From positions 3,136,001 through 3,200,000 of the forward strand of contig OY764159.1 in the NCBI GenBank assembly GCA_963668175.1: a DNA stretch of 64,000 nt, in the 5' to 3' direction. The notes beneath the pieces are model-generated. The model was given only the letters and a program-made list of their open reading frames with translations, did no database searches and was not told the origin of the DNA. This document shows positions 54,072-63,895 of the stretch, piece after piece. The stretch comes from Syntrophales bacterium (lineage in GTDB: Bacteria > Desulfobacterota > Syntrophia > Syntrophales > PHBD01). A program made the translations under genes and the position numbers. Positions within the stretch are counted from its first letter, which is position 1. Each line of letters opens with the position of its first letter.

Positions 54072-54941
54072 TTACTTCATGTTCATCACATAAAACAAGG
54101 CAAAAAAGATATTAAGACAGGTGGACGAGACGAGATTGAGCTTCATGGTCGAGCGGTAATTGGCCCGCGCTTCATTCCTTAATACCTTGAAAAACCAGAC
54201 ATTGAAATAGACGAGGACCGGTGCCTGGACGGCAAGGAAAAGCAGAGCGAACATCATCCGGAAATGGGTATGGTAGTAAAGGGCGAAACCGCCCATCACC
54301 ATCACGAAGAAGATGGCCGAAAAGGCGAAGGTGCCCCGGATGCCGAGAAGGATGCTCAGCGTGATATCCCCCCTGCGGCGGTCTTCTTCATGCTGATAGA
54401 CCTGGGTCATGGGATAGGCCGCCATAAGAAACGCCGAGGAGAGCAAGGCCGGAATCAGAACGCCTTTCCCGGCAAGATCGCCGACGGTCACATCGTTGAC
54501 GGCATAATAGCTTATGAGGAAGACGAACGCCCCCTGAAACGCAACGACCCCGATCCAACTTACGACAGGCAACTTCTTGATACGGATCTTCGTATAACTG
54601 TATGCCTTCGACCCTAAACCGAACACGAAGACGGCCAGGGCGACCCGCCAGTCGATGCACAGACCGAGCATGACGGCAAAGGAATCGAAGGCCAGCGACG
54701 CCCATAGCAGTTCGTCGCTTACGGGCGGCGGGTGTTCGATGCCGCCGATGCTGCCCGTATCGCGGTCGTAGTAGGAATTGAAGCCGTTGGTCGCCGGAAA
54801 GAGAAAAAGGTGGAGGATGACGAACATCAGCCAGACGCGCCACCAATCGGGACTGCTGCTCAAGCTGACGGCGAAAAAGAAGATCGGAGACAGATAGTAG
54901 GAGAAAGGGATTCGGAGATGAATCAGCGTCGATCTTTTCAT
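54072..54941 (-). CDS. UbiA family prenyltransferase
   Basis: Multi-TM protein with NSYYDRD and QHEEDRRRGD acidic motifs and YS...RIK. Confidence 0.8.
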   Translation of the reverse strand: MKRSTLIHLRIPFSYYLSPIFFFAVSLSSSPDWWRVWLMFVILHLFLFPATNGFNSYYDRDTGSIGGIEHPPPVSDELLWASLAFDSFAVMLGLCIDWRVALAVFVFGLGSKAYSYTKIRIKKLPVVSWIGVVAFQGAFVFLISYYAVNDVTVGDLAGKGVLIPALLSSAFLMAAYPMTQVYQHEEDRRRGDITLSILLGIRGTFAFSAIFFVMVMGGFALYYHTHFRMMFALLFLAVQAPVLVYFNVWFFKVLRNEARANYRSTMKLNLVSSTCLNIFFALFYVMNMK

Positions 54942-55075
54942 CGGCTTATCTTCTTACCTGCAATGTATTGACGGCCGTGAACCTCGCCCGGAAGACGGCT
55001 TCAGATTACACTGTTTTATTTTAACCGTATTTTGATATAGATGCAAGAAGGGTGATTTCTTTATCCGGAGTTTTC

Positions 55076-55750
55076 ATGATCCAGGACTATTTTGACTGCG
55101 ACGAAGTCGATCCCCGGGGCATGGACGTCCTTTGGGCTCTCGGTTTCCGGCATTTCGGCACGACCTTCTTCCGCTACGAACTTCAGCGGCATCGGGGTGA
55201 GATCGTTCATGTCCTGCCGCTCAGGATCGACCTCGGTTGCTTCCGGCCTTCGGGCAGCCAGAAAAGGGTCTTGCGGAGGAACAGGGACCTCGATGTCGTT
55301 TTTCGGGAGGCGTCCGTCGACGAAGAAAAGGAGAGGCTCTTTTCGATCCACAAGGAAAGGTTCAAAGAGAACGTACCCGAATCGATTTACAGCTTCATGT
55401 CGCAACGGCCCGCGCAGGTCCCCTGCCCTGCCCTTGAGTGCTGCCTGTTCCGGGAGAACACCCTCCTGGGCACCGGTTATTTCGACATCGGGGAAACAGC
55501 CGTCTCCAGTATCTACACCTTTTTCGATCCGGCCAAGGACTTGAGCCGGCGCAGTCTGGGCATTTACGTGCTCCTTCAGCAGATTGCGTATGCCCGGGAT
55601 GCCGGCAAGGCCTATCTCTATCACGGTTACGCCTTCCGGGAACCATCCTTTTACGATTACAAGAAGCTTTTCTCCGGACTGGAATATTTCGACTGGACCG
55701 GCAAGTGGCGGCCATGGGAAGAGTTGACGCTCACCGGTACGGGAAGATAA
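55076..55750 (+). CDS. ATE/Bpt family aminoacyl-tRNA-protein transferase
   Basis: GFRHFG, SQKRVLRRN, SSIYTFFDP, RSLG, YLYHGY and YK motifs. Confidence 0.8.
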   Translation: MIQDYFDCDEVDPRGMDVLWALGFRHFGTTFFRYELQRHRGEIVHVLPLRIDLGCFRPSGSQKRVLRRNRDLDVVFREASVDEEKERLFSIHKERFKENVPESIYSFMSQRPAQVPCPALECCLFRENTLLGTGYFDIGETAVSSIYTFFDPAKDLSRRSLGIYVLLQQIAYARDAGKAYLYHGYAFREPSFYDYKKLFSGLEYFDWTGKWRPWEELTLTGTGR

Positions 55751-55835
55751 GGATGCGGACCGTTCATTTTGAGGCATCTTGGCCGGGCCGAAGGAAGGAT
55801 CGGGGCGGTATCCCGCCGGCGAACGGCCCTGTCCG

Positions 55836-56861
55836 TCACGCGTCCGTTTTCAGCTTCTCCGCTTCCGGACACGCCGGTTTGTACTGATAAAGGCAGGCTT
55901 TCTCGAAATCGACCCGGGCCTGGGAACGGCTTCCTTTCTGCATATAACACCGGCCCCGCTGGTAGTAGGACCACCCGTAGTCGCCGCGCAGGCGGATCGA
56001 TTGGGAAAAATCGGCAATGGCGTCGTCGTACCTGCCGTTTTTATAATGAAGCCATCCCAGCCAGTTGAAGGCGCCGGCATGTCCCGGCACGATCTCGACG
56101 ACCTTCAGGAAATCGGCGGCGGCATTGCCGTCCTTATTCATCCTGGCATTGGCGATACCCCGCCAGTAATAGCCCTGGTAGACGGAAGGGTCGTCCTGGA
56201 TGGCCCGGCTGTATTCCGCCGCTGCTTTTGGAAAATCATTCGTTTTGAAAAAGGCATGTCCCCGGGCCAGGCTTTCCCTGTAGCCGGCCGCCGGCGAATC
56301 CGTTCCCGCACCGGCCCCCCGGCCCTCCGGCGCTCTCTTATCCGTCGAAAGCGGACGGATGACGCCGCCTGAATCCTGATACTGCGCCGAAGCCACCCGC
56401 CAGGGTCCCTGGCTCTTTGCCAGGACAAGGAAGACCTTTACGGAACCGCCGGAGCCTTCAACGTTGAAGGCGATGTTGGCCCTGGCCTCGCGTCCGCCGA
56501 TATCGAAACTGAACGGATACGTGGGCGTGACATCCTTGACCTGTCCCACGGCGGTCTGGATTTCGGAATTCCTGCGGATAAAGTCCTCGGATACCCTGAT
56601 CGGTTCGGATTCGGCGACGATCGTATAGAGAAAATACCCGGCGAGAATCACCGCGCCGACGACGAGGATGGGAACCATTCCGAAACCTCTGCCGCCCGGC
56701 GTTATGGGATTGTTTGCCGGCACCGTCTTGTCCTGCGGTTCCCTGGTTTCCTGCCGGGATTTGATCAGGTCGGCGAGACCCCGGCCTTTCTCCTGCCTAG
56801 CGGCCTCTTCCTTCATCATGGTCCACAGCTTGAATGGCATGGGATCAGTCCCCCTTTCCAT
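55836..56861 (-). CDS. membrane-anchored protein with a Coa1-like domain and C-terminal TPR repeats
   Basis: One TM helix, NSEIQTAVG...ANIAFNVEG...W segment and about 4 TPRs (YYWRG, YYQRG). Start uncertain. Confidence 0.75.
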   Translation of the reverse strand: MERGTDPMPFKLWTMMKEEAARQEKGRGLADLIKSRQETREPQDKTVPANNPITPGGRGFGMVPILVVGAVILAGYFLYTIVAESEPIRVSEDFIRRNSEIQTAVGQVKDVTPTYPFSFDIGGREARANIAFNVEGSGGSVKVFLVLAKSQGPWRVASAQYQDSGGVIRPLSTDKRAPEGRGAGAGTDSPAAGYRESLARGHAFFKTNDFPKAAAEYSRAIQDDPSVYQGYYWRGIANARMNKDGNAAADFLKVVEIVPGHAGAFNWLGWLHYKNGRYDDAIADFSQSIRLRGDYGWSYYQRGRCYMQKGSRSQARVDFEKACLYQYKPACPEAEKLKTDA

Positions 56862-57126
56862 CCTTCAGGGCCAGATAATGCTGGCGGGTTTTCTCCAGAA
56901 GCACGACGAAATATTCGAAATCGGACCTGGCCGTTTGATACTGCCGGGGTGAAACGACTTCCCTGAAATCATCATAGAACATATCGACCAATTGCTCAAA
57001 TTGTTTCTGGACGGCAAGAACCGCTTCGGCATCCGTTCCCACCAGGCCGTCCTGAACGTAAAGGGCCGAAAGCTTCAGGTGATCGAGCTTCTCGATCATC
57101 TCATCCATGTGTTGTTCATCCTTCAT
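56845..57126 (-). CDS. hypothetical protein
   Basis: Acidic helical ORF packed between two genes on the same strand. Confidence 0.55.
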   Translation of the reverse strand: MKDEQHMDEMIEKLDHLKLSALYVQDGLVGTDAEAVLAVQKQFEQLVDMFYDDFREVVSPRQYQTARSDFEYFVVLLEKTRQHYLALKDGKGD

Positions 57127-57133
57127 CCTGATA

Positions 57134-58039
57134 TCACTCCTTGTCCAGACGATGCAGTCCCGCATTCAGGGCCGCCCTGCAGGCCGCCGACCACTCCGAC
57201 GGGGCAACCCTCCTCCCTATCTTCGCATCCTTTACGGCCGTACCGCAGGGCCGGTACTGCTCCATCATATTGATATACGTATCCGGGGAGAGATCGGCAA
57301 GAAACGCCGCAATCTCCTCCGCATCGGCCACTCGCCCGGGCATCACCAGATGACGGACCAAAAGCCCCCGTTCCGCAACGCCCTCCATATCGACCCGCAA
57401 ATCCCCCACCTGGCGGTGCATCTCCCTGACGGCTGCGACAGCCCGACGGCGATAGTCCGCGGCCCGGCAATAGGCCTCCCCGCCGTCGGGATACCAGAAC
57501 TTGAAATCGGGCATATAGATATCGACGATTCCCTCCAGGAGCCTGATCGTTTCGGGCTTTTCGTAGCCCCCGCAGTTGTAAACCAGGGGAATGCTGAGCC
57601 CCGCTTCGATCGCGGCGGGCAGGCTCTCCAGGATCTGGGCGGCGACGTGGGTCGGGGTGACGAAATTGATGTTATGGCACCCCCGCTGTTGCAAGCCGAG
57701 CATCATCCGCGCCAGGTCCTCCGGTCCGGTTTCTGCACCGTCCCCAAGATGGCTGATCTCGTAATTCTGGCAGAACGTACAAAAGAGGTTGCAGTAACTG
57801 AAAAAGATCGTGCCGGAACCGCCGGTCCCGACAAGGGGTCTTTCCTCGCCGAAATGGGCATGGATACTGGCTACCCGCGCTTTGCGGCCCGTCCTGCATA
57901 TGCCTCTTTCATCCGCTAGCCTGTCCACGCGGCATTCCCGCGGACAGAGGTCGCAGTCCCGCAATCTTTCGAGGGCCAGACCGATCTTCTCCTTCAATCT
58001 TCCTTCCCGGTGCGAACGGATATAGGACGGTTCGTTCAT
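57134..58039 (-). CDS. radical SAM protein, PflX-like
   Basis: CDLCPRECRVDR, GSGTIFFSYCNLFCTFCQN, DIYMPDFK and LLVRHLVMPG motifs. Confidence 0.88.
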   Translation of the reverse strand: MNEPSYIRSHREGRLKEKIGLALERLRDCDLCPRECRVDRLADERGICRTGRKARVASIHAHFGEERPLVGTGGSGTIFFSYCNLFCTFCQNYEISHLGDGAETGPEDLARMMLGLQQRGCHNINFVTPTHVAAQILESLPAAIEAGLSIPLVYNCGGYEKPETIRLLEGIVDIYMPDFKFWYPDGGEAYCRAADYRRRAVAAVREMHRQVGDLRVDMEGVAERGLLVRHLVMPGRVADAEEIAAFLADLSPDTYINMMEQYRPCGTAVKDAKIGRRVAPSEWSAACRAALNAGLHRLDKE

Positions 58040-58437
58040 CTTGACAACCTTCACGCGTTCACGGTCTAATCGATTCGGTCACGGGCCGCACGCAACCATC
58101 TTTTTATCCTTAGATATCACAAACGATCCCATGAAGGGAATATGCATTAGATGGAAACCCATACCGTCTTTTTACGGATATGGGACAGATCCGGCAGCGG
58201 TTCCGTTCAGGTTGGAGGATCGAATCCTGCAAGGGTCATCAAGGCGTTTGCGGCCGCCGCTTCGGAAAGGCCGTCTGCTGCGACGGAGCATCCGGCAGGG
58301 CATGCTCATGCAGATGACGGCGCGTGGCGCCTCCCCCGGAACCTGCGCCGCGCATGGCCGGAAAAGAATCCTTGCTTTTTCCGGTCCGATTGCATAAAGA
58401 TACCTGAATCCCTATACATGAAATTTACGGAATAACC

Positions 58438-58764
58438 ATGGCCCCGTTTCCGAAAACAGCGGCTAAGATCATTACCGTACTTGGCCTGTTCGCCTTTCTC
58501 GTCGTCGCGACGATGGACCCTGTCGACGATTTTACCAGCCTGTTCAATACGTCTGTCGCGACCTGTCTTGTCAATCAAGCCGGCGACGATGACGGCCATT
58601 ACCCGAAGGTTAAGAGTCCCAATGCCGACTATGCGTCATCAGCCGAAGCGGATGTCCTCGGCTATATGCCCCCCGCCCCTCTTCATAACGACCCGATTCT
58701 GAACAATCATCCTCAATATTTCGTCGCTTCCGGCACCGGCCGGGCACCGCCAACAAAATCCTGA
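58438..58764 (+). CDS. small secretory or membrane peptide ending in RAPP (candidate ribosome-arrest peptide)
   Basis: Hydrophobic N-terminus; GRAPPTKS* at the C-terminus (RAPP codons 58741-58752). Confidence 0.55.
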   Translation: MAPFPKTAAKIITVLGLFAFLVVATMDPVDDFTSLFNTSVATCLVNQAGDDDGHYPKVKSPNADYASSAEADVLGYMPPAPLHNDPILNNHPQYFVASGTGRAPPTKS

Positions 58765-59258
58765 CAAACCGTCTGTCCCATGTATATCGGGGCAACATCC
58801 GGAACAGCCTCTGCGGACAGGCATATTCAGGTCTGTCGGATCATCCTGCCGCGGAGATTTGGATTATGCAGGAGGTTCCTGCTTCCCTCCTCCTCTGGCA
58901 AGTCTCCGCGGCTCTTTATCTCCAGGTTACAGAGAATAACCATGACGTCAGGCCCGAGTGCCGATCTCGGCGCGTTCCGCTTCCGCCCGCGACGAGATAA
59001 AGGGTACGGGTTGTCCATCTTGTACGGCAGCGGGCTGATCCTTCTGCGAGCAGCTGCGATCACATAAATCGCCACCTAAAAAGTCCAAATCTTTATTTTT
59101 ACTCAGAAATATTAAAAAACGCAATAAGCGGCAACGGTCGCACATTGGTATTGTTCGCTGGCACATTATCTGCATACTTTCTTACAGCGGCTTCACATCG
59201 CGACGCGCCGCAGAGAAAAATAATTATAATACATAATAACTTGCATTACTGTAAATTT

Positions 59259-59795
59259 ATGACGGCAAAGGACACATTCGTAGAATTAATCAGGAGGGAG
59301 ATGATCAACCGGGGATGGGTGAGTTCCAGCGGCCGGCTGATCAACAAGAAACTGGCCGACACGTCAGGGGTGAACGCCGGGACGGTTTCCCGGTTCCTCA
59401 ACAACAAATCGGTCAATATGAAGCTGGACAACCTCTATCAGATGCTTACGGCTCTGGACTTAATCAAGTTCCCGGGCAACACGTCCGGACCGGACGGCAC
59501 CGATGCCGCAAAGCAAGATGCGAACGCCGCGTCCGCAGAAAATCACCGATTCGACAAAGAGACGCAGGAAATGATCGACGACCTGATGACGGTTGTCCGG
59601 CATGGCAATACGGACATGAAGAATGCCGTCCGCATGGGGATCAAGGGTGTGATCGCCGCCATCGAGAAGGAAGCCGCCGCCAATAAGCAGGAACAGCTGA
59701 TCAGACAATTACAGGAGAATTATCGCTCCATCCTCGAAAGGCTCGACCACTTGTCAGACCCATCCGCCGCCAAATCTCACCGGCGCGGGGAATAA
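59259..59795 (+). CDS. XRE/Cro-C1 type HTH regulator with a C-terminal coiled coil
   Basis: NKKLADTSGVNAGTVSRFLN helix-turn-helix; AT-rich upstream region. Confidence 0.75.
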   Translation: MTAKDTFVELIRREMINRGWVSSSGRLINKKLADTSGVNAGTVSRFLNNKSVNMKLDNLYQMLTALDLIKFPGNTSGPDGTDAAKQDANAASAENHRFDKETQEMIDDLMTVVRHGNTDMKNAVRMGIKGVIAAIEKEAAANKQEQLIRQLQENYRSILERLDHLSDPSAAKSHRRGE

Positions 59796-60142
59796 CACGT
59801 AACGGCACCATACCTGCCCCGGCCCGATTTTCCCCTCCGGACATTCAGCCAGACAATCATGCAGATTTCCTGAATATCATGCTTCACAGGAAACAACGGT
59901 CTCCCTGGAAGTTCCCCCTTTCTCCATTTCCGGCGGAATATGGACGGGACCTCCTATCGCTGAAATAGGCTTGCGCCGTCCGTGTTAAACGTATAGAAGA
60001 GGACTTATTCACAGAACCAATCCGGACCTTTCGACGGAAACCGTGAAAACGTGCGACATACCTCCATGAGACAGAGACGCCGACCGAGTCCGTTTTTCCG
60101 GACAACGAAAGGCAAGCTTTCTACCATAGACCGGGATGTGCT

Positions 60143-60892
60143 ATGGCATTCGATCCAACCGGCGGGTTGATTTATCACTGGCGGGCCGCCCGCTTCGCAA
60201 AGACGCTCTGGAATCCTTTTCGAGCGGCCCTGGAAACATGGCTCTCAAACTGGACGCCGCCGGAAAGGAAACTCATCGTCGTCGGAGCCGGCGGCGGCTA
60301 CATGCTGCCGCCGGCGTTTTTAAGCCGGTTTGACGCCGTCCTTGCCGTGGATATCGACCCCGTCGCCCGCCTGATATTCCGGAGACGTTTCCGCTCCATT
60401 GGAATTTCCATACAGTGCGACGGAAGGGATTATTTCCGATTCCCCGGGACATCGGCCGCGCCCTTCCAGGATCTTTTGAGAAGGGAGCCGGTAGCTGCCG
60501 TCCTGTTTTCGAACATCTGGGGACAAGTCGGCTTTCTTGCAGAGAATGACATCGAGAGAGATGCCATGTTCCGATTTTGGGAACAGGAACTCCCCCGCCT
60601 TCTCGCCGGGCGCAGTTGGGCCAGCTACCATGACCGCTATTCCGGACCGGGCGAGACAGCGGAAGATCGTCCGTTTGTCTCCGGCCGGAGACTTGCCGGC
60701 GAGGCATTGATTTTAAGATTCTGCAACGCCGGTACCGCGGGCGTCTGGACCGATCACCTCGCCGGGCGGCTCTTTCCGGAAGCGGCGACTTACGCCTATT
60801 TCCTCTGGCGGCTCACGCCCCGTTCCGTCCACATCATCGAGGGGGTGAACCGTCCCTGCGCCCGGCACGATATCTTCAGGGAAACCCTCTGA
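60143..60892 (+). CDS. hypothetical protein with a SAM-binding-like Rossmann motif
   Basis: LIVVGAGGG...LAVDIDP motif. Confidence 0.55.
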   Translation: MAFDPTGGLIYHWRAARFAKTLWNPFRAALETWLSNWTPPERKLIVVGAGGGYMLPPAFLSRFDAVLAVDIDPVARLIFRRRFRSIGISIQCDGRDYFRFPGTSAAPFQDLLRREPVAAVLFSNIWGQVGFLAENDIERDAMFRFWEQELPRLLAGRSWASYHDRYSGPGETAEDRPFVSGRRLAGEALILRFCNAGTAGVWTDHLAGRLFPEAATYAYFLWRLTPRSVHIIEGVNRPCARHDIFRETL

Positions 60893-61181
60893 TTCGATAC
60901 GGATCGTCTCCCTCCAGTCATGTACTGCGAAAGAAAACCCCGCGCAGTTCCCCGCGAAAAGCCGTGTCCAATCGTAAATGCAAAATCCGCATGCAAATCA
61001 ACGCGTGAAGCATCGCGATATCCACGGCGAAGGGCCCCGGATCCGCTACAGCCTAAAAAAACGGACACGGCCGGATACCATAATTTCGTTGACACCAAAT
61101 ACCGATCGTCTTATAAATTATACAATTGGGAATAATTTATTTCCGTTCATGGACCCCTAACACGCGCAGGAGGCTGCCATC

Positions 61182-61553
61182 ATGAAGAACATGTCGCCGA
61201 AAATGAAGAAGGAAGTGTTGAAGGATCTGGAAATGTACTTTGGGAAACCCCCTTACGACAGCGAGTATGTCCGGCATCATTTGACCTCGGGACTTTTCGA
61301 GGAACAAGCCCTGATGAAGTACGGTTATACGCCCATCGAACTCATGAAAGGCCTTGAGCAGGTTCAGTTGAGCAAAAAACAGAAAGCGGAAGCCCTGAAG
61401 GACCTGAAGATGTACTTCGGCGAACCGCCTATCAAGAGAACAGCCCTGGACAAACGGTTGACCTCCGGTCTCCTGGAGGTGCAGATTCTGGCCAAATATC
61501 TCATGACGGTGAAAGAATTGATGAAAGAAGTGGGCTATAAGATCGCCGACTGA
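61182..61553 (+). CDS. hypothetical protein built from two ~58-aa repeats
   Basis: RBS aggagg; LKDLxMYFGxPP...LTSGL.E.Q.L.KY..T..ELMK occurs twice. Confidence 0.75.
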   Translation: MKNMSPKMKKEVLKDLEMYFGKPPYDSEYVRHHLTSGLFEEQALMKYGYTPIELMKGLEQVQLSKKQKAEALKDLKMYFGEPPIKRTALDKRLTSGLLEVQILAKYLMTVKELMKEVGYKIAD

Positions 61554-61585
61554 AGATTCGCCGAACCTTTCTCCGCGCATTCATA

Positions 61586-61621
61586 AAAAGAGGCCGCTGG
61601 CACCCCGGCTGGCCTCTTTTC
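61586..61621. terminator. bidirectional terminator
   Basis: aaaagaggcc...ggcctctttt between convergent genes. Confidence 0.7.
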
Positions 61622-61720
61622 TATTTTATCCGACGGCGCGATGTCCATATCCGGATTTCGGGAAGAGATCAGACTTTACCGAGATATTGTACCGCCGGAC
61701 CCCTTTTTCCTGTTGTCATC

Positions 61721-62590
61721 TCAGAATATCCTTTCGATCTCGTAGGCCAGTTCCGTCTTTCCCCCGTCGCCGTAGAAGCAGGTCGCATTGGGAAGAATCT
61801 CCCTGGCCCGACGCGCCAGGGCTTCCACGGCCGCAGGATCGGGGGCACGCCAGGGCAGGCCGTTGATCGGCAGGTAGGCGTCTATCCGGAGAGAAATAGA
61901 GCCGTCCACATCCGCGATGAAGGCGGCGATCCCCAGGATTTCCTCTTCGTCGACGTAGCCGGGAATGAAAACGGTTTCCGTCTTGAGGATCGGAGGATAT
62001 CGGGAGGCAATCGTCCTGAAGTTCGCCAGGATGTCCTCGTTGCCGCATCCCGTGTAATCCCTGTGAAGTGCAGGCGTAACCGCCTTGATGCTGAAGATGA
62101 CCTCGTCCAGAAGGGCCAGGGGCGGCAGCACCTTGCCGTTCGTCAAGAGAATAAAGGAAGAGCCCGAGGCCTTTTTCAGGGTCAGCAGGATATCCGGCAG
62201 AAGGGGATCGCAGACGGGCTCGGCCCCCATGAGGACGACCTGCTTAAGCGGCAGGGGGTCGAGATGTTGCCTGAGCTCGTTCATGGTCAGGAAGCGTACG
62301 GGGCGTCCGCTCCGGTAACCGCTTTCATAGATCCGGAAGCGATTCTCAGGCAGGTGGCAGTCGAAGGCCTCCTTCTTCAGGAGGCACAAACGGCAACGAA
62401 GATTGCAGCCCCAGAAGAAGAGACAGCAGACGCCGTACTCCCTGGAATAGGTGATATGGTAGACATGGGTAAGGGGCGACTGACCGCCCGGACGTGCGTT
62501 CATGGTATCCCCCGCAAATACCAGTCCTGGTAGCAGGCCGCGACCGACATCGACGCACTCCTTATAAGATGACACATGGGCCGTTGTCAA
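61721..62590 (-). CDS. radical SAM protein (glycyl-radical activase-like)
   Basis: FWGCNLRCRLC, GAEP, TNG and TVFIPG motifs. Start uncertain (62503 or 62590). Confidence 0.8.
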   Translation of the reverse strand: MTTAHVSSYKECVDVGRGLLPGLVFAGDTMNARPGGQSPLTHVYHITYSREYGVCCLFFWGCNLRCRLCLLKKEAFDCHLPENRFRIYESGYRSGRPVRFLTMNELRQHLDPLPLKQVVLMGAEPVCDPLLPDILLTLKKASGSSFILLTNGKVLPPLALLDEVIFSIKAVTPALHRDYTGCGNEDILANFRTIASRYPPILKTETVFIPGYVDEEEILGIAAFIADVDGSISLRIDAYLPINGLPWRAPDPAAVEALARRAREILPNATCFYGDGGKTELAYEIERIF

Positions 62591-62769
62591 TCTTCCCTTT
62601 TATTGCATCCGTCGGATGCGATAAGAAAAAGCCATAGCAAGGAATATTTTGATACGGAGTATGTTTCAGGGTATAATGCGTCTATCCGGATCGGGCCGTA
62701 CCGCGGCAGATTTTCTCCGTCCGCAAGGAGCCGAAACGGAAATCTTCGACAGGCAAATCGTTATTGCAG

Positions 62770-63372
62770 ATGAAAGTCATGCCCGGGAAGAATACTGTCC
62801 GCTGCCCGTGGGTCGACATGACCAAGGCCGATTACGTGGCCTATCACGACCGGGAATGGGGTGTCCCCGTTTACGACGACCGGCTGCTCTTCGAATTTAT
62901 CGTCCTCGAATCCGCCCAGGCGGGCCTGAGCTGGTACACGGTGTTGAGAAAGAGGGCCGAATACCGGAAGGCCTTCGCCCATTTCGACCCGGTGAAGGTA
63001 GCCGGGTTCGATGACGCCGGGATCGAAGCGCTCCTCAACAATCCGGGCATCATCAGAAACAGACAGAAGATCGAAGCCACGGTGAACAATGCCCGGAAAT
63101 TTCTGGAGGTCCAGGAGGCGTTCGGCCGCTTTTCCACCTATCTCTGGGACTTTGTCGGCGGCAAGCCCATCGTTCACACGATCAGGACGATCGCGGACTA
63201 CCGTCCCCGAAGCGCGGAATCGGACGCCATGGGCAAAGACCTCAAACGGAGGGGGTTCAGATTCCTCGGCTCCACGACGTGTTACGCCCTGATGCAGGCA
63301 ACAGGCATGGTCAACGACCATGCCGTGGACTGCTTCCGAAGGGCAGAGATTATGGCGGATTACGGACGCTGA
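62770..63372 (+). CDS. tag: DNA-3-methyladenine glycosylase I
   Basis: RCPW, YHDREWG, LESAQAGLSW, IIRNR and VNDH...C motifs. Confidence 0.95.
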   Translation: MKVMPGKNTVRCPWVDMTKADYVAYHDREWGVPVYDDRLLFEFIVLESAQAGLSWYTVLRKRAEYRKAFAHFDPVKVAGFDDAGIEALLNNPGIIRNRQKIEATVNNARKFLEVQEAFGRFSTYLWDFVGGKPIVHTIRTIADYRPRSAESDAMGKDLKRRGFRFLGSTTCYALMQATGMVNDHAVDCFRRAEIMADYGR

Positions 63373-63412
63373 CCGTATCGAGTCCGTCCGCTCTGCCGGA
63401 TGATGTACCCGT

Positions 63413-63895
63413 ATGCCCCGCTTCCACCCGGCGGCCCCTGAAACGGGTCCGCAAACCACCGGAGGTCGTCTCATGCTTACACACGCCGGCTGTGTCGCCT
63501 ATCGTAAGACGGAGGACGAAACCCTCTTCGTCGTCGTTTCGTCGTCCGACGGCAGACACTGGGTCCTTCCCAAGGGTCATATCGCACCGGGCGAAAATCC
63601 GAAAGAGGCGGCGCTGCGCGAACTGGCGGAAGAGGCAGGGGTCACTGGCCGCATCGTCGCCAAAATCGGACGCGAAAAATATTCCACGGAAAAGGAGAAG
63701 GCGGTCGTGGATTATTTCCTCATCGAGGCGTCGGGATGCCGCCGTGCGGAAGAGGCGCGGACTGTCCGGTGGCTGAATGAGACGGCGGCGCGTACGACGC
63801 TGACATTCGACGGCCAGAAGAAGGCGCTCCGCCGGGGAGCCGCCATGATCGCCGACATCTCTCCCCCGGCCGGAGACGGACCGCAACAACCCTGA
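63413..63895 (+). CDS. Nudix hydrolase
   Basis: Nudix box GHIAPGENPKEAALRELAEEAG. Confidence 0.9.
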   Translation: MPRFHPAAPETGPQTTGGRLMLTHAGCVAYRKTEDETLFVVVSSSDGRHWVLPKGHIAPGENPKEAALRELAEEAGVTGRIVAKIGREKYSTEKEKAVVDYFLIEASGCRRAEEARTVRWLNETAARTTLTFDGQKKALRRGAAMIADISPPAGDGPQQP

